A DNA stretch of 64,000 nt from positions 1 through 64,000 of IMG/VR virus record IMGVR_UViG_3300005758_000005; one strand, 5' to 3'. Below, piece by piece: positions 39,596 to 50,030 of the stretch. The stretch is from an uncultured virus (IMG/VR IMGVR_UViG_3300005758_000005) (taxonomy: Duplodnaviria > Heunggongvirae > Uroviricota > Caudoviricetes). Numbering within the stretch: position 1 is the first letter of the stretch; each line of letters opens with the position of its first letter. The position numbers were made by a program, and so were the translations under genes. The notes under the pieces were generated by a model, which saw only the letters and a program-made list of their open reading frames with translations, did not search any database and was not told where the DNA came from.

Positions 39596-39623
39596 ATAAT
39601 ACCACACTAATCAGAGACTGCAA
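39596..39623 (-). promoter_or_regulatory. SigmaA-type extended -10 promoter
   Basis: TTGCAG-N16-TATTAT with TGn before the -10, upstream of the ssb-like gene. Confidence 0.55.
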
Positions 39624-39624
39624 G

Positions 39625-40365
39625 TTATTTTGAGTTATAATTGAAACTATTTATTCTCACTTCTCTACTAGGTGTTTTTGGAACATCAATTGACCTTGTT
39701 GAAGGGTCATAAGAAATGCTCGCACCTTCACTATACATGCCATTATTAATCTTTGCAATAGCTAATCTCTCTCGATATAACCGTTCCATTTGTAGTGAAT
39801 TAAATTCAATTGTTTTAACGGTGTAATCTAAAAATGTAGCTACTCTTTTTGCTTGGGCGATAGCAATGCTAAGTCTGTTTGTGTAAAAAGTACCAACAGC
39901 ATCTTTATCATGCTTTGCGCCTTCTGCTAATTTGACAGTCATCTCTTTAATATTTTTTTGAGCGTTTGTCAAAATCTCTGTATGAGCATTAACGATATCT
40001 ACGAATGCTCTAATTCTATTTCTATATCTAACAAAGTTTGCATAAGTTACATAAATAGAATCCAAATTGTAATTATCTTGATGAGGTAAATCTAATTCCC
40101 AAGAATTGATTTCTTTGCGAATCTGCCCTTCATCAAAGCTAGGAAGCATTTTAATTGCATCAAACCAAGCTTGACATTCTTCCTTAAAATCTTCGACAGT
40201 AATTCCTCTAAGCTTATTACCAATTTCTTTTGAAAAATCCAGAGCAGAATAGTCGATAGTGGGCATATTTTCAGCCCACTCAAATTCAACTCCCTTTAAG
40301 ATATCTTTTTTTGATAATAATTCTTGTTCAAAGTCGTTATCTAAATCGTTTTCAAAATCTTCCAT
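39625..40365 (-). CDS. Hypothetical coiled-coil protein (possibly a UvsY-like mediator)
   Basis: 246-aa helical ORF between dnaE and ssb/recA; the function is a positional guess only. Confidence 0.55.
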   Translation of the reverse strand: MEDFENDLDNDFEQELLSKKDILKGVEFEWAENMPTIDYSALDFSKEIGNKLRGITVEDFKEECQAWFDAIKMLPSFDEGQIRKEINSWELDLPHQDNYNLDSIYVTYANFVRYRNRIRAFVDIVNAHTEILTNAQKNIKEMTVKLAEGAKHDKDAVGTFYTNRLSIAIAQAKRVATFLDYTVKTIEFNSLQMERLYRERLAIAKINNGMYSEGASISYDPSTRSIDVPKTPSREVRINSFNYNSK

Positions 40366-40373
40366 AATTTACC

Positions 40374-43300
40374 TCAATCAAATAAATCATCATCAAAAAG
40401 CTTAGAGGATGAATTCAGTTTTCTTTCAACTGGTTTCGATTGTCTTATAATCTTACCATCAGTTTTATCAGTTAGAATTTCCGGTGCTGCAGAAATAAAT
40501 TTCCTTTTAGCATCTCTTAATTTTTGCTTTTCTAATTCATTTCTTTTTTCAACAACATTATCCCAGAATTCTAAGAAACTATCTATATCATAAAACTTCT
40601 GGCCTTGCAACAAACAATCTAAAGCACCATTCTCCGCAAGTGCCTTAACCATTCCACGATTTGGTCGAGCTCTTGCAGCAAAATCTTCTAAATTGTCAAA
40701 TGGTTGCAACTTAATAAGATCATCAACTCTTGTTCCAACACCCTTAATTGAAGTTAATGGAAGCATAATATCTCCCTTTGTATTAACTAATGTTGTTGTT
40801 CCAGATTCATTGATAGAAGGTTTAGAAATTTGAATGCCATCTAATGCACATTCTCTCCTATAAATAGCAAGCTTGTCCTCATCATCCTTTTCCACATGTA
40901 TTGCTGAAGCCATCCATTCGTTAGGGTAATAGAGTCTAAGCCAAGCATTCCAGTAAGACAGAATAGCGTATGTGCAAGCATGGGATTTGTTAAAAGCATA
41001 GCCCCCAAACTTTTCCATAAGAGACAAAACTTCATCTACAGCCTTCTCAGGTATTTCTCTTTGAATAGCTTTTGTTCTAAATAAATTACATGCATCATCA
41101 AAATCTTTCCCTGACTTCTTAGAAATTGCTTTACGTAGTTTGTCCACCTCTAGCCAATTGAAACCAGCCATATCTCTTGCCATTTCCATTGCTTGTTCCT
41201 GGTAAACCATAATTCCATACGTTACAGATAAATGTTTTTCAATAATAGGATGAGCATATTTAATTTCATGAGGTCTAGATTTTCCTTGAGCATAAACAGG
41301 AATATAATCTTTAGGACCTGGGCGAAATAGAGCAACAACAGCAATAAGGTCATTCGTACAAGTAGGGTTGATTATTTTTAACGATTCTTGCATACCTTTA
41401 GAAGCACATTGGAATACTGATGAAGTTTTACCTTTAGCATAAATATTCTTAAAAACCATTGGATCTTCAAGAGGTATTTCATTTAAAGTAAGTTTTTTCC
41501 CATGACGTTCTTCTATCAATTTAAATGCATAATCAATCTGTCTTAAATTTGCCAAGCCAAGATAATCATATTTAACTAGACCAACTCTTTCGCAATGCTT
41601 CCACTCTAATGCAGAACAAATTGTGCCTTTAGAGTTTTCAATAGGAGTAGATTCAGAAATTCTATTCTTAGATATCAATACACCAGCAGCATGAATTCCA
41701 AAATTACTAATAGTGCCAACAAGTTCTTTAGCAGTATCAATTTCTTCTCGCCACACACTGTAATAATATTTAAACTCTGGTGATTCTAAAAGAGCTGAAT
41801 CAATGGTAGTATCGGGCATTTTAGGAATTGTGGCAGTAATTTTTAAAGCTTCTTGATGAACATTTGATCCATACTTGTTATTGAATCTTTCAGAAGTTTT
41901 TAAAGCACTTAATACAGCAGCTTTTGCCTTATAAGTACCCCAAGTTCCAATTTGAGCTACATTTTCCTCACCAAATCTATTCTTAGCCCAGTTAATAATC
42001 CTATCTCTTTTAGAATCATCAACATCAGTATCTACATCGGGTAGTGGAGCAACTTTGGCGATTTTTAGATCTGCCTCAGGAGCTTGATTTGAAATACCAG
42101 AAGCAAGAGCCACCCATGATTGTGCAATATTGTCTTTAACTTCAATATTGTTATCTATCATCTCGCACATATAAGAAGATAAACCTTGATTCTCTAAAAC
42201 CCATAATTCTTTAGCAATTTCAGGCCCTTTATGTGCAAATTCTGGATGATCAAGAAGCCATTGATCAGTCATCTTTTTAAGTCGCAATGAGGCTAAAGAT
42301 TGATCAGCAATACCATGGTTCTTGATATATTCTTTAGATGAATACTCTTTAAAATCAATTTCATATTGTGTGCCACGACCAGGGTTAAGAAATCTTTCAA
42401 ACAATAATCCCCATTTAATCGGGTCCACAGGGCAAACTTCTAGGCAAAAATTCACTAATGATCCAACACCAGATCCACGAATACCAAAAAGAATCTCATC
42501 ACCCTTCATAAATTCAACAAGTTCACGTTGAATTAAAAAGTAATCAGTTACACCCATATGCCAGATTTGCTTTAGTTCATATTTTAATCTATCTCTGTAA
42601 GTTGAATTCTTATCAAGCCCAGCACGTTTTAGCCCAGCAAGAGAAAGATATGCTAAATAAGCTTCATTGTCTTTGTGGTACGGAAGATTCTTAGCCTTAA
42701 AATTATTAAAAGCTTCGTTATTTTTAGGAATAATTGCTGAAGGAAGAAGATGAGGAACATCAATTTTAAAATAATCCTCAATAGAATCAGCTAAGTCCAA
42801 TGTGTTATAAAGAGCTTCTGGTTTCTTATTGAAAATCATCATCATTTCATCAAAAGATTTTAAGAAGAATTGACGACTTCCATAGGCTTCTTTCTTACCA
42901 TTCTTTTTAGCTACACCAGAAGAAGCTTCACGAAGGTCTCTCATTTGGATCAAGATATCGTGAAGTTTCCAATCCTTAGCTTCTAAATAGTGAACATCAT
43001 TTGAAGCAACATACTTGACGTTATATTTATCCGCAAGTCTTATGAGTTTTGGGAGATTAGATTTCTGTTCTTCTATTTTATGATACTGAAGTTCTACAAA
43101 GTATCTATCGCCATATAGATTTTTGAATTTACTAACTACATTGTTTGCTTCTTCATCATCTTCTTTAATTAGAGCTTGAGATAGTTCACTAGCAAGACAG
43201 CCAGATAAAGCAATTACGCCTTCTGAATGCTTTTCAAGAACACTCCAGTCAACTCTTGGAGAATAATAAAATGCATTAGGATCTGCCCCATATTCAGTGA

Positions 43301-43646
43301 TTCTAAGGAGATTTTTATATCCAGTTTCATTTTGAGCAAGCAGAGTTAAATGGTTGAGTTTCTGCCTTCTATTGTCTTCAGTTCTGGATTTATCAAAGCG
43401 ATCTGGACAAGTGTAAACCTCAATGCCAATGATAGGTTTAATAGTCGGATAATCTACAGAAGTTGTCCTACATCCGTCAACAAAATCACAAACACCACCT
43501 AATTTGCCATGGTCTGTTATTGCCGTGGCCTTAAAACCCATTTCACGAGCTTTTATTGCATAAGCTTGAGGAGATGGCAAAGCATCTTGAATTGAAAAGT
43601 GAGTATGGGCATGTAAATGAACAAAATCTTGTTTACTGTTACACAT
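40374..43646 (-). CDS. dnaE: DNA polymerase III alpha subunit
   Basis: PHP domain (HLHAHT, TDHG, NDVHY), RGSGVGSLV, FERFLNP, PDVDTD, HAAGV, KYDYLGL, ALFRPGP, YQEQ, YAFNKSHA. Confidence 0.96.
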   Translation of the reverse strand: MCNSKQDFVHLHAHTHFSIQDALPSPQAYAIKAREMGFKATAITDHGKLGGVCDFVDGCRTTSVDYPTIKPIIGIEVYTCPDRFDKSRTEDNRRQKLNHLTLLAQNETGYKNLLRITEYGADPNAFYYSPRVDWSVLEKHSEGVIALSGCLASELSQALIKEDDEEANNVVSKFKNLYGDRYFVELQYHKIEEQKSNLPKLIRLADKYNVKYVASNDVHYLEAKDWKLHDILIQMRDLREASSGVAKKNGKKEAYGSRQFFLKSFDEMMMIFNKKPEALYNTLDLADSIEDYFKIDVPHLLPSAIIPKNNEAFNNFKAKNLPYHKDNEAYLAYLSLAGLKRAGLDKNSTYRDRLKYELKQIWHMGVTDYFLIQRELVEFMKGDEILFGIRGSGVGSLVNFCLEVCPVDPIKWGLLFERFLNPGRGTQYEIDFKEYSSKEYIKNHGIADQSLASLRLKKMTDQWLLDHPEFAHKGPEIAKELWVLENQGLSSYMCEMIDNNIEVKDNIAQSWVALASGISNQAPEADLKIAKVAPLPDVDTDVDDSKRDRIINWAKNRFGEENVAQIGTWGTYKAKAAVLSALKTSERFNNKYGSNVHQEALKITATIPKMPDTTIDSALLESPEFKYYYSVWREEIDTAKELVGTISNFGIHAAGVLISKNRISESTPIENSKGTICSALEWKHCERVGLVKYDYLGLANLRQIDYAFKLIEERHGKKLTLNEIPLEDPMVFKNIYAKGKTSSVFQCASKGMQESLKIINPTCTNDLIAVVALFRPGPKDYIPVYAQGKSRPHEIKYAHPIIEKHLSVTYGIMVYQEQAMEMARDMAGFNWLEVDKLRKAISKKSGKDFDDACNLFRTKAIQREIPEKAVDEVLSLMEKFGGYAFNKSHACTYAILSYWNAWLRLYYPNEWMASAIHVEKDDEDKLAIYRRECALDGIQISKPSINESGTTTLVNTKGDIMLPLTSIKGVGTRVDDLIKLQPFDNLEDFAARARPNRGMVKALAENGALDCLLQGQKFYDIDSFLEFWDNVVEKRNELEKQKLRDAKRKFISAAPEILTDKTDGKIIRQSKPVERKLNSSSKLFDDDLFD

Positions 43647-43707
43647 TATAAATTCCTTAGAGCGCCGTCAAAGACAGTCATACACTCATGATTAGTATAG
43701 AGATAGT

Positions 43708-44448
43708 TTACTTAATTGTCAAGCTAAAATTTGGATTAAGCTTTTTCAATTCTTTTGGTCTAGTTTTAAGAGGTAAACGATATGCCTCTAAAAATTGATA
43801 AGAATTTGGCAGTTGAGTAATAAGATTGCTGCCAGATAAATATGTTGCTTTATTTTCTGACCTTAGTGCTTGGTATGCTTCAGAAATAGGCTCAATTTTA
43901 ATGTTTTTGAGTACTTTAACATGGGGACAATCTCTTAGTGCATTTCTTACAGTAGATTCAGATTGGCCTGTATTTTCACATAAAGATTTGATACTAATAG
44001 GCCTCTCATCAACATATCTAGACGCAATAAGGCTGATCATAATATTCTTTACATCTTTAGTATTTTTGTAACCATGAGAATCAAACAGGTTTATAGGAAT
44101 TACAAATGGCTCAGATCTATTAATATTAAATTCAATTTTAAGACAAACTTTTTTCAAAGAAATTATATAAAATAGCTTTCTGTCTTTTTTAGATCTATTC
44201 CAAAAAACATCTTCGCCTTTTTCGATTAGCTTGTAAATATGAGTAGATTGTAAGCCCAAATAATCTGCAGTTAAACTTTTTAATGTGCTAATATGAAATT
44301 GGCCAGATGAAATGTCCATATTCCTTAGCATAGTCCATAATAGAAATTGAGATGTTAAATCAATCTTTATGAAATGAGAAACTAATTCAGGATTAAAGAT
44401 TAAATTATCAGTCTTGAATTTTTGACCAGATGTGAGATAGTTTTTCAA
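43708..44448 (-). CDS. Hypothetical protein with C-terminal HTH
   Basis: ISIKSLCENTGQSESTVRNAL is HTH-like. Confidence 0.6.
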   Translation of the reverse strand: MKNYLTSGQKFKTDNLIFNPELVSHFIKIDLTSQFLLWTMLRNMDISSGQFHISTLKSLTADYLGLQSTHIYKLIEKGEDVFWNRSKKDRKLFYIISLKKVCLKIEFNINRSEPFVIPINLFDSHGYKNTKDVKNIMISLIASRYVDERPISIKSLCENTGQSESTVRNALRDCPHVKVLKNIKIEPISEAYQALRSENKATYLSGSNLITQLPNSYQFLEAYRLPLKTRPKELKKLNPNFSLTIK

Positions 44449-44692
44449 TTTCTTTTTCTGCTCCCTGACGAACTAAATATGCAATAATTTCTTCTTCACT
44501 ATAATCTTTAAATACACTTGAAAGAAGAGTTTTAGCAAAATGAAATCTATGAGCTGATTTGCCTTTGAGTCTGATATTCATTTCAATATAGTCAGGTGGA
44601 TTTTTGTATGCTTCTTTTATCTCATCAATATTTGGCATTTGAATATTATTATCCCATATGTCTTTTTGCATGTTCTTTAACTTTATCTCCAA
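44408..44692 (-). CDS. Hypothetical protein
   Basis: Short ORF overlapping its neighbours; start uncertain. Confidence 0.5.
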   Translation of the reverse strand: MEIKLKNMQKDIWDNNIQMPNIDEIKEAYKNPPDYIEMNIRLKGKSAHRFHFAKTLLSSVFKDYSEEEIIAYLVRQGAEKEIEKLSHIWSKIQD

Positions 44693-45254
44693 TTTTATTC
44701 CATATCAAATTAAGTTTATTTGTGTCATTAATATTATATGCATCATCTACATCTAAATATACCCTTTCAAAAAAATCATCTAAAAAGGGATATTTGCTTT
44801 GATATTTATGAATTCTATCAGTTATAGCAAAAAGATATGTATTTTTATTTAAACCACCAATTAATCCACTAGTAAAGCTTCTATTCAAATAATCGTTGAT
44901 AGTACTTTTAATTTTATTTACTGTCAATGACATCTCATATTCTTCAGCTTGTGCAGAAACGCCAGCACAAATTGAAAGCTTTTGTATTGCAGCTGGAAAA
45001 GAGATAGATTCAATCTTTTGAACTAAATTAATTAAATTTCCAGTCTCACCACATCCAAAACAATTAAAATAATCAGATTCAAGATTATAACCAAAAGATG
45101 GAGACCTGTCGTTATGATCTGGAAAAGGGCATGAACAATTAAGCCAGTTATTTCCAGACTCAACAAATTCTAAATCGTATTCATTTTCTAAAAAAGCCCT
45201 AGAGTCTAGAGCTTTTAGTATTTCTTTAATGTATTCTTGAGAGTATTGAATCAT
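44649..45254 (-). CDS. Stand-alone primase CHC2 zinc-binding domain protein
   Basis: CPFPDHNDRSPSF...FNCFGCGETGNLINLVQKIESISFPAAIQKL; coupled to the dnaB stop. Confidence 0.88.
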   Translation of the reverse strand: MIQYSQEYIKEILKALDSRAFLENEYDLEFVESGNNWLNCSCPFPDHNDRSPSFGYNLESDYFNCFGCGETGNLINLVQKIESISFPAAIQKLSICAGVSAQAEEYEMSLTVNKIKSTINDYLNRSFTSGLIGGLNKNTYLFAITDRIHKYQSKYPFLDDFFERVYLDVDDAYNINDTNKLNLIWNKIGDKVKEHAKRHMG

Positions 45255-46804
45255 TATAATTTCCAGCCAGATAAATCCATTGTATCGATAATAGAAGATG
45301 TGTCAAGAGGAGCAAAGTCATCATCATCTTCATCTTTTGAACTTCCTATAATATTAGTTGCTTTAATTTCAGCAGTTGGTTTATCAGTTTTTTGCCCATT
45401 AGATAGATCATGAAAAGCCATAATAGTTTCTTTCTCTCGTTCATCCATTTCTCTGATTTTATTATATTCTGGATCTAAAGAAATAGGGAATGGGAAGAAA
45501 TATGCATCTCTCATTTTGACAGGATGGACAATACAATAATTCTTTTCACGATTGGGTTCAATGGCTACAGCATAGGTACAAAGGTGCAAAAGAGCTTGTC
45601 CTCCAGATGCAGCAGCCTGATCGTAAGACATGAATTTCTTATTTTCTTTTTGCTTTCTTGCATCACGAATTGTTTCTCTATTAATCTGTTGTGCTGTAAT
45701 GACTGGAATACTATATCGCTTTGCCATCTTAAATAATTCATTAACAGCCTTAGTTTGATTTTCCCAATCCTTGGAGCCATTAGGAGCATTTCTGACAGTC
45801 ATATTTCCAATATAGTCAACAACAAGAAGATCTGGCTTGCCCTTGGTTTTTATAAGCTCTTTGATTCTAGAGTCAATATATTCTGGAGTAGGATCTTCCA
45901 TGTTAACATCGTATTCAAAATATGGGCCATCTTTCATAGATTTTAGGCCATTTAATACTTTCTTTAGTTCTGCTGCATCAAGTTGTTGGTCTTTAACTTG
46001 TGCATAAGGAATTTCAAACTTCAATGAAATGTGCCTAAGTAAACAAAGCCAAGAATTCATTTCAAAGGACATGTACAGAACATTTTTCTTAGCAACTTCA
46101 TTTGCATGTAAAGCTGCATTGAGCATAAATACACTCTTACCACCAGAAGATGGAGCCAAGAATACAATAATCTGTCCTGGAAGAAATCCAAAAGTTTTAG
46201 AATCAAGCTCTTTAATTCCACAAGTTATGCCCTTATATAACTCAGGGTTTTCAATTCTCTTTGTATATTCTTTTTCAAAATATTCTGAAGAATCAGCAAT
46301 ATCCAAAGTATGGGCTTCTCCACCTCTGTCATGAAGTTCTTTATCTAATTGTTCGACTACTTCTGTAATTGATTTATAAGTTTCATCAAGATTCTTACTT
46401 ACAAGATTATTATGAGTATCATCCATAAGTTGTTTGATGATACGTAAAGCTTGTCGTTTTTTAAGTTCTTCAATTAATTGAGGAAGATCATCAGGATTAA
46501 CGTCACAATCATTAATCTCAGACCACAAAAGCATGAATTTAGTGCGTTCAGCTTCACTAACTCCGCTAGAATTTAATTTATGCTGAAATACAAAATCAGT
46601 GTAAGAAGAAACATCATTCTTCTTATAATATGCACAAATCATATTATAAATAGCTCTTACAAATGATTTGTTACTTTCGACATCCATAGAATAGAAATGC
46701 TTACTTGTAATTGCTTTTTCATTAAATTTATCATAAGTCTTAACGGTAGACTTCAGGTGTGCTAATGCTAGGATTTCAAGTTCAAGTTGGTCAAATTTAT
46801 TCAT
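45254..46804 (-). CDS. dnaB: Replicative DNA helicase (DnaB-like)
   Basis: GITCGIKELD, APSSGGKS, YMSFEM, LLVVDYI, PVITAQQINR, KMRD; likely ATG 46804. Confidence 0.92.
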   Translation of the reverse strand: MNKFDQLELEILALAHLKSTVKTYDKFNEKAITSKHFYSMDVESNKSFVRAIYNMICAYYKKNDVSSYTDFVFQHKLNSSGVSEAERTKFMLLWSEINDCDVNPDDLPQLIEELKKRQALRIIKQLMDDTHNNLVSKNLDETYKSITEVVEQLDKELHDRGGEAHTLDIADSSEYFEKEYTKRIENPELYKGITCGIKELDSKTFGFLPGQIIVFLAPSSGGKSVFMLNAALHANEVAKKNVLYMSFEMNSWLCLLRHISLKFEIPYAQVKDQQLDAAELKKVLNGLKSMKDGPYFEYDVNMEDPTPEYIDSRIKELIKTKGKPDLLVVDYIGNMTVRNAPNGSKDWENQTKAVNELFKMAKRYSIPVITAQQINRETIRDARKQKENKKFMSYDQAAASGGQALLHLCTYAVAIEPNREKNYCIVHPVKMRDAYFFPFPISLDPEYNKIREMDEREKETIMAFHDLSNGQKTDKPTAEIKATNIIGSSKDEDDDDFAPLDTSSIIDTMDLSGWKL

Positions 46805-47601
46805 TTTTGTACGCTCGGCAATTTTATGTTCAAACATTCTTCTAACAGCGAAGTCCATCCAGATACTTTTGAAATCTGGTCATGAGTTCCATTAGATGAA
46901 ATTACAGTAGGATATCCAGAATTTAATCTAGCTTTACATATTCTATCCAAAGATTGATTAAAGAATGGATTGTTGTTTGAAATATGTTCTACTCCATCAA
47001 TACATACTAACTCATAATTAGCAAAAATATCTTTAACCTCATCAATTTCAGATCTATTGTCAAAATCAGACATAAGACTAACTAAGTCAGACCATTCATA
47101 GTACATTGTTGTCAAAGATTGATTGATAGCTGATTGTGCAATTACAGAATTAATAAAAGATTTTCCTGAACCTTGATTGCCAGTAAATAAAATAGAATGA
47201 AGTTTGCTTTTTACATTGCCATCATGTTGTAAATAGATACTCTTGCCTTGAACAATAACTGATAAATTAGACGAATAAAATTTAACTAACTTCTTGATAT
47301 TTGTACTTGTTATTTGTTGAGATCCTAATGAATTGCCACTAGAATCAGCATGAATATTCCAGTCTTCTATAGTTTTGTGCCAATATTTTCTAGGCAAGTT
47401 TGATTTGATGTAAATTTCTTTAAGCATCTTAGATTTAGCACAAGAGCATACAATAACTTGACCATCTGAATTAAGAGCATATCCACGGTAGCTGCATTCA
47501 ACACAGCCCTTACCAGTTTTTTTACGTTCTTCTAAAGCTCTTGAATCAATTGAATCAACATCAACACCTAAAGATTTCAGAAAATTGGAATTAGCACTCA
47601 T
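46801..47601 (-). CDS. DnaC/IstB-like helicase loader ATPase
   Basis: CxxC..CxC zinc site, SNLPRKY, GNQGSGKS Walker A, LVCIDGV, R...PTVISSN. Confidence 0.8.
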   Translation of the reverse strand: MSANSNFLKSLGVDVDSIDSRALEERKKTGKGCVECSYRGYALNSDGQVIVCSCAKSKMLKEIYIKSNLPRKYWHKTIEDWNIHADSSGNSLGSQQITSTNIKKLVKFYSSNLSVIVQGKSIYLQHDGNVKSKLHSILFTGNQGSGKSFINSVIAQSAINQSLTTMYYEWSDLVSLMSDFDNRSEIDEVKDIFANYELVCIDGVEHISNNNPFFNQSLDRICKARLNSGYPTVISSNGTHDQISKVSGWTSLLEECLNIKLPSVQK

Positions 47602-47616
47602 GCATCTATTGTACCG

Positions 47617-49179
47617 TTAGAATTTCTGTGATGCATTCCTTGCTCTATTATTTGCCCATTTTCTTAAGGCATTTATTGATTCAGCCATAGTTTTGGACAA
47701 AGGAACAGTTTCTTTGATAGCTTTTTCTAAATCACTATTATTTATTTCTCTAGAATAATAAAATGCTTCATACATAGCAGATACAATAGAAGCTTCAATC
47801 TCAGCGCCAGTGAATCCATCAGTTTTTTCAACTAATCTAACAACATCGAAATTTTTTGGGTCTCTATTTCGTTTTTTAAGATGAATTTCAAAAATAACTT
47901 GTCTTTCGTATGCATCAGGAAGATCTACAAAGAATATTTCGTCGAATCTACCCTTGCGTAAAAGTTCAGGAGGTAATTGAGAAACATCATTGGCAGTAGC
48001 AACAACAAATACAGGACTTTTCTTTTCTTGCATCCATGTTAGCCAAGATCCCATAACTCTTGAAGTTGTTCCACCATCAGTCATAGAAGAGCTTGAAGTG
48101 CCTGACATTCCCTTGTCAATTTCATCACACCATAAAATAGCTGGCGCAACACTTTCTGCAACTTTAAAAACTTGTCTCATGTTGCTTTCAGAGGAGCCTA
48201 CTAGACCAGAAAAGATTTTGCCCATATCCAATCTTAGTAGGGGAAAATTCCAATAGTTTGCAACAGCCTTGGCACATAATGATTTACCAGCTCCCTGAAC
48301 TCCAACTAATAATATGCCCTTAGGATTTTCAGGTAAGCCAAATTCTACTGCTTCTTGTGTAAATGCTCGTTTTCTTGTATTAAGCCAGTTTTTGAGCTCA
48401 TCTAAACCACCAACTGAATCTAAATCTGCATTTACATCAATCCAATCTAACAACCCTGACTTCCTAATAATATCTTTCTTTTGTTTGATAATTTCTTCAG
48501 GATTTAATTCATTGTTTTTGATAAAATTGTATGCACAAACTTGCTCACACTCAGTTAAAGTTAGTCCCTGAAATGAATCTACAATTTTCTCAAGTTCTTC
48601 TTTTGAATAATCTAATTTTAATTTTGTACTTTTTCTGGACTTAAGAGTTTCTAACATTTGTAGAATTTTTTCATTCAAATGTTCTTTTTCAGGAAGTGGC
48701 CAATCAATAATAGCTACATTTTTTTCTAATTCTTGTGGTAATTCAAGTTCAGGAGAAAGAATTATAAGAGCTTTATTCTTAGTGATGCAATTTATAGATA
48801 GATTTCTCAAATGTCTTGTCAGAGAAATTTCAATTTGACCTTGTATAGATTTTAGACCAAAAAATTTATTAAAATCTTTCAATATTAAAATAAAAAACTT
48901 ATCTCTGGGAACTTCAAGATCATCGAACCATTGTAAAATTTCTACCTGATCCATTTTTCTTTGAGCTTTGTCAGGCAATAATTCATCTGAAGTTCCTGAT
49001 AAACCGCTAATAATATCCCAGAATCCAATATTAAATTCCATAGTTGCGTTTTTGAATAGATTCTTAATTGATTCTATCACTCGCATTTCTTCATGGGATA
49101 TTAAATAAATGATTGGCCTCTTAGATCTAAGATGCCAATCAAGTTCTTTCAATGCAATGTCGTGGTTAGAGTTATTCAT
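47617..49179 (-). CDS. Ycf46-like AAA+ ATPase
   Basis: VGGLDELKNWL, PKGILLVGVQGAGKSLCAKA, LLRLDMG, GSSESN, WCDEIDKG, LPPELLRKGRFDEIFFVDLP. Confidence 0.9.
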   Translation of the reverse strand: MNNSNHDIALKELDWHLRSKRPIIYLISHEEMRVIESIKNLFKNATMEFNIGFWDIISGLSGTSDELLPDKAQRKMDQVEILQWFDDLEVPRDKFFILILKDFNKFFGLKSIQGQIEISLTRHLRNLSINCITKNKALIILSPELELPQELEKNVAIIDWPLPEKEHLNEKILQMLETLKSRKSTKLKLDYSKEELEKIVDSFQGLTLTECEQVCAYNFIKNNELNPEEIIKQKKDIIRKSGLLDWIDVNADLDSVGGLDELKNWLNTRKRAFTQEAVEFGLPENPKGILLVGVQGAGKSLCAKAVANYWNFPLLRLDMGKIFSGLVGSSESNMRQVFKVAESVAPAILWCDEIDKGMSGTSSSSMTDGGTTSRVMGSWLTWMQEKKSPVFVVATANDVSQLPPELLRKGRFDEIFFVDLPDAYERQVIFEIHLKKRNRDPKNFDVVRLVEKTDGFTGAEIEASIVSAMYEAFYYSREINNSDLEKAIKETVPLSKTMAESINALRKWANNRARNASQKF

Positions 49180-50030
49180 AATTTGGTTAGCCTATTATAT
49201 TCTTTTAGTGGCTTACCCTTATAATCCTCATCTCTCCACCATTTTTCATTATAATAGTCTTTGCAATATTTAGATAAAGACACTCTCCAGTCAAGCATAG
49301 AAAAATTATCTGAATATGGAGAACGGAGAATTGATCTTTGGAATATTTGAGAAACCCTTAATTGAGATTGTATATCGCCTTGTCTAAGCTTTTCAATATA
49401 TGCAATTAGACCTTTAAATACAACATCATAAGAAACTCCCTTATACTGAACGAAATATGTTGCAGCTACGGGAATTCCAAATCTTGCAAAAATTTCACTA
49501 ACCTTGCCTTCTCGATCTGCTTCCTGAATCTCATCTAAAATATTCTCTTCTTGATGTGATCTGTCTATTTTATTATCTTCAACTTGTGGCAAAATTTCTT
49601 CTTGAAAAAAGTAATTAATCATTTTAAAGACAGCATTAGAATCAATAAATGAAGTATGTTTTAGAACTTCATCTGTGTTTTCAAATACCCAGTCGATTAA
49701 TTTTTTAGTATAAATTCGTTTATTGACACCATTTGAAGCCATAAATCTCATGATATCGTTGAAAACTTTACCATCAGATCCATAGACTTTTCGGTATTTA
49801 TTATTAAACTTCTTATAATACTCCAAAGAAAAATAGTCAACAAATGTTCTTGCAGTCCAATCTTTAACATCATGGGCAAGAAGATTTGGGGTTAATCTCT
49901 TATCTTCAGTTGATATTTTTCTAGTTCTTGTGATTTTGAAAGGGTTTGATAAACTTTCTTTTTCAGGAACAGGTGTAGCCATTATCTCTTTAACCATTTC
50001 TAACAATTCATCGCTCATCGATTGCTTCAA
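49176..50030 (-). CDS. Hypothetical protein
   Basis: 284-aa ORF coupled within the replication operon. Confidence 0.65.
   Translation of the reverse strand: MKQSMSDELLEMVKEIMATPVPEKESLSNPFKITRTRKISTEDKRLTPNLLAHDVKDWTARTFVDYFSLEYYKKFNNKYRKVYGSDGKVFNDIMRFMASNGVNKRIYTKKLIDWVFENTDEVLKHTSFIDSNAVFKMINYFFQEEILPQVEDNKIDRSHQEENILDEIQEADREGKVSEIFARFGIPVAATYFVQYKGVSYDVVFKGLIAYIEKLRQGDIQSQLRVSQIFQRSILRSPYSDNFSMLDWRVSLSKYCKDYYNEKWWRDEDYKGKPLKEYNRLTKL

Noticed and set aside
3822..39619. Identical 10-mer ATCAGAGACT in two upstream regions (3822 and 39610) and palindrome AGACTAGTCT at 3827
   Set aside because: Only two copies, in different positions relative to different promoter types; chance cannot be excluded.
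29368..46804. Introns or inteins in nrdA, recA, dnaE or dnaB
   Set aside because: The ORFs are continuous and of normal size; the DnaE insert has no C/S...HN splice motifs.
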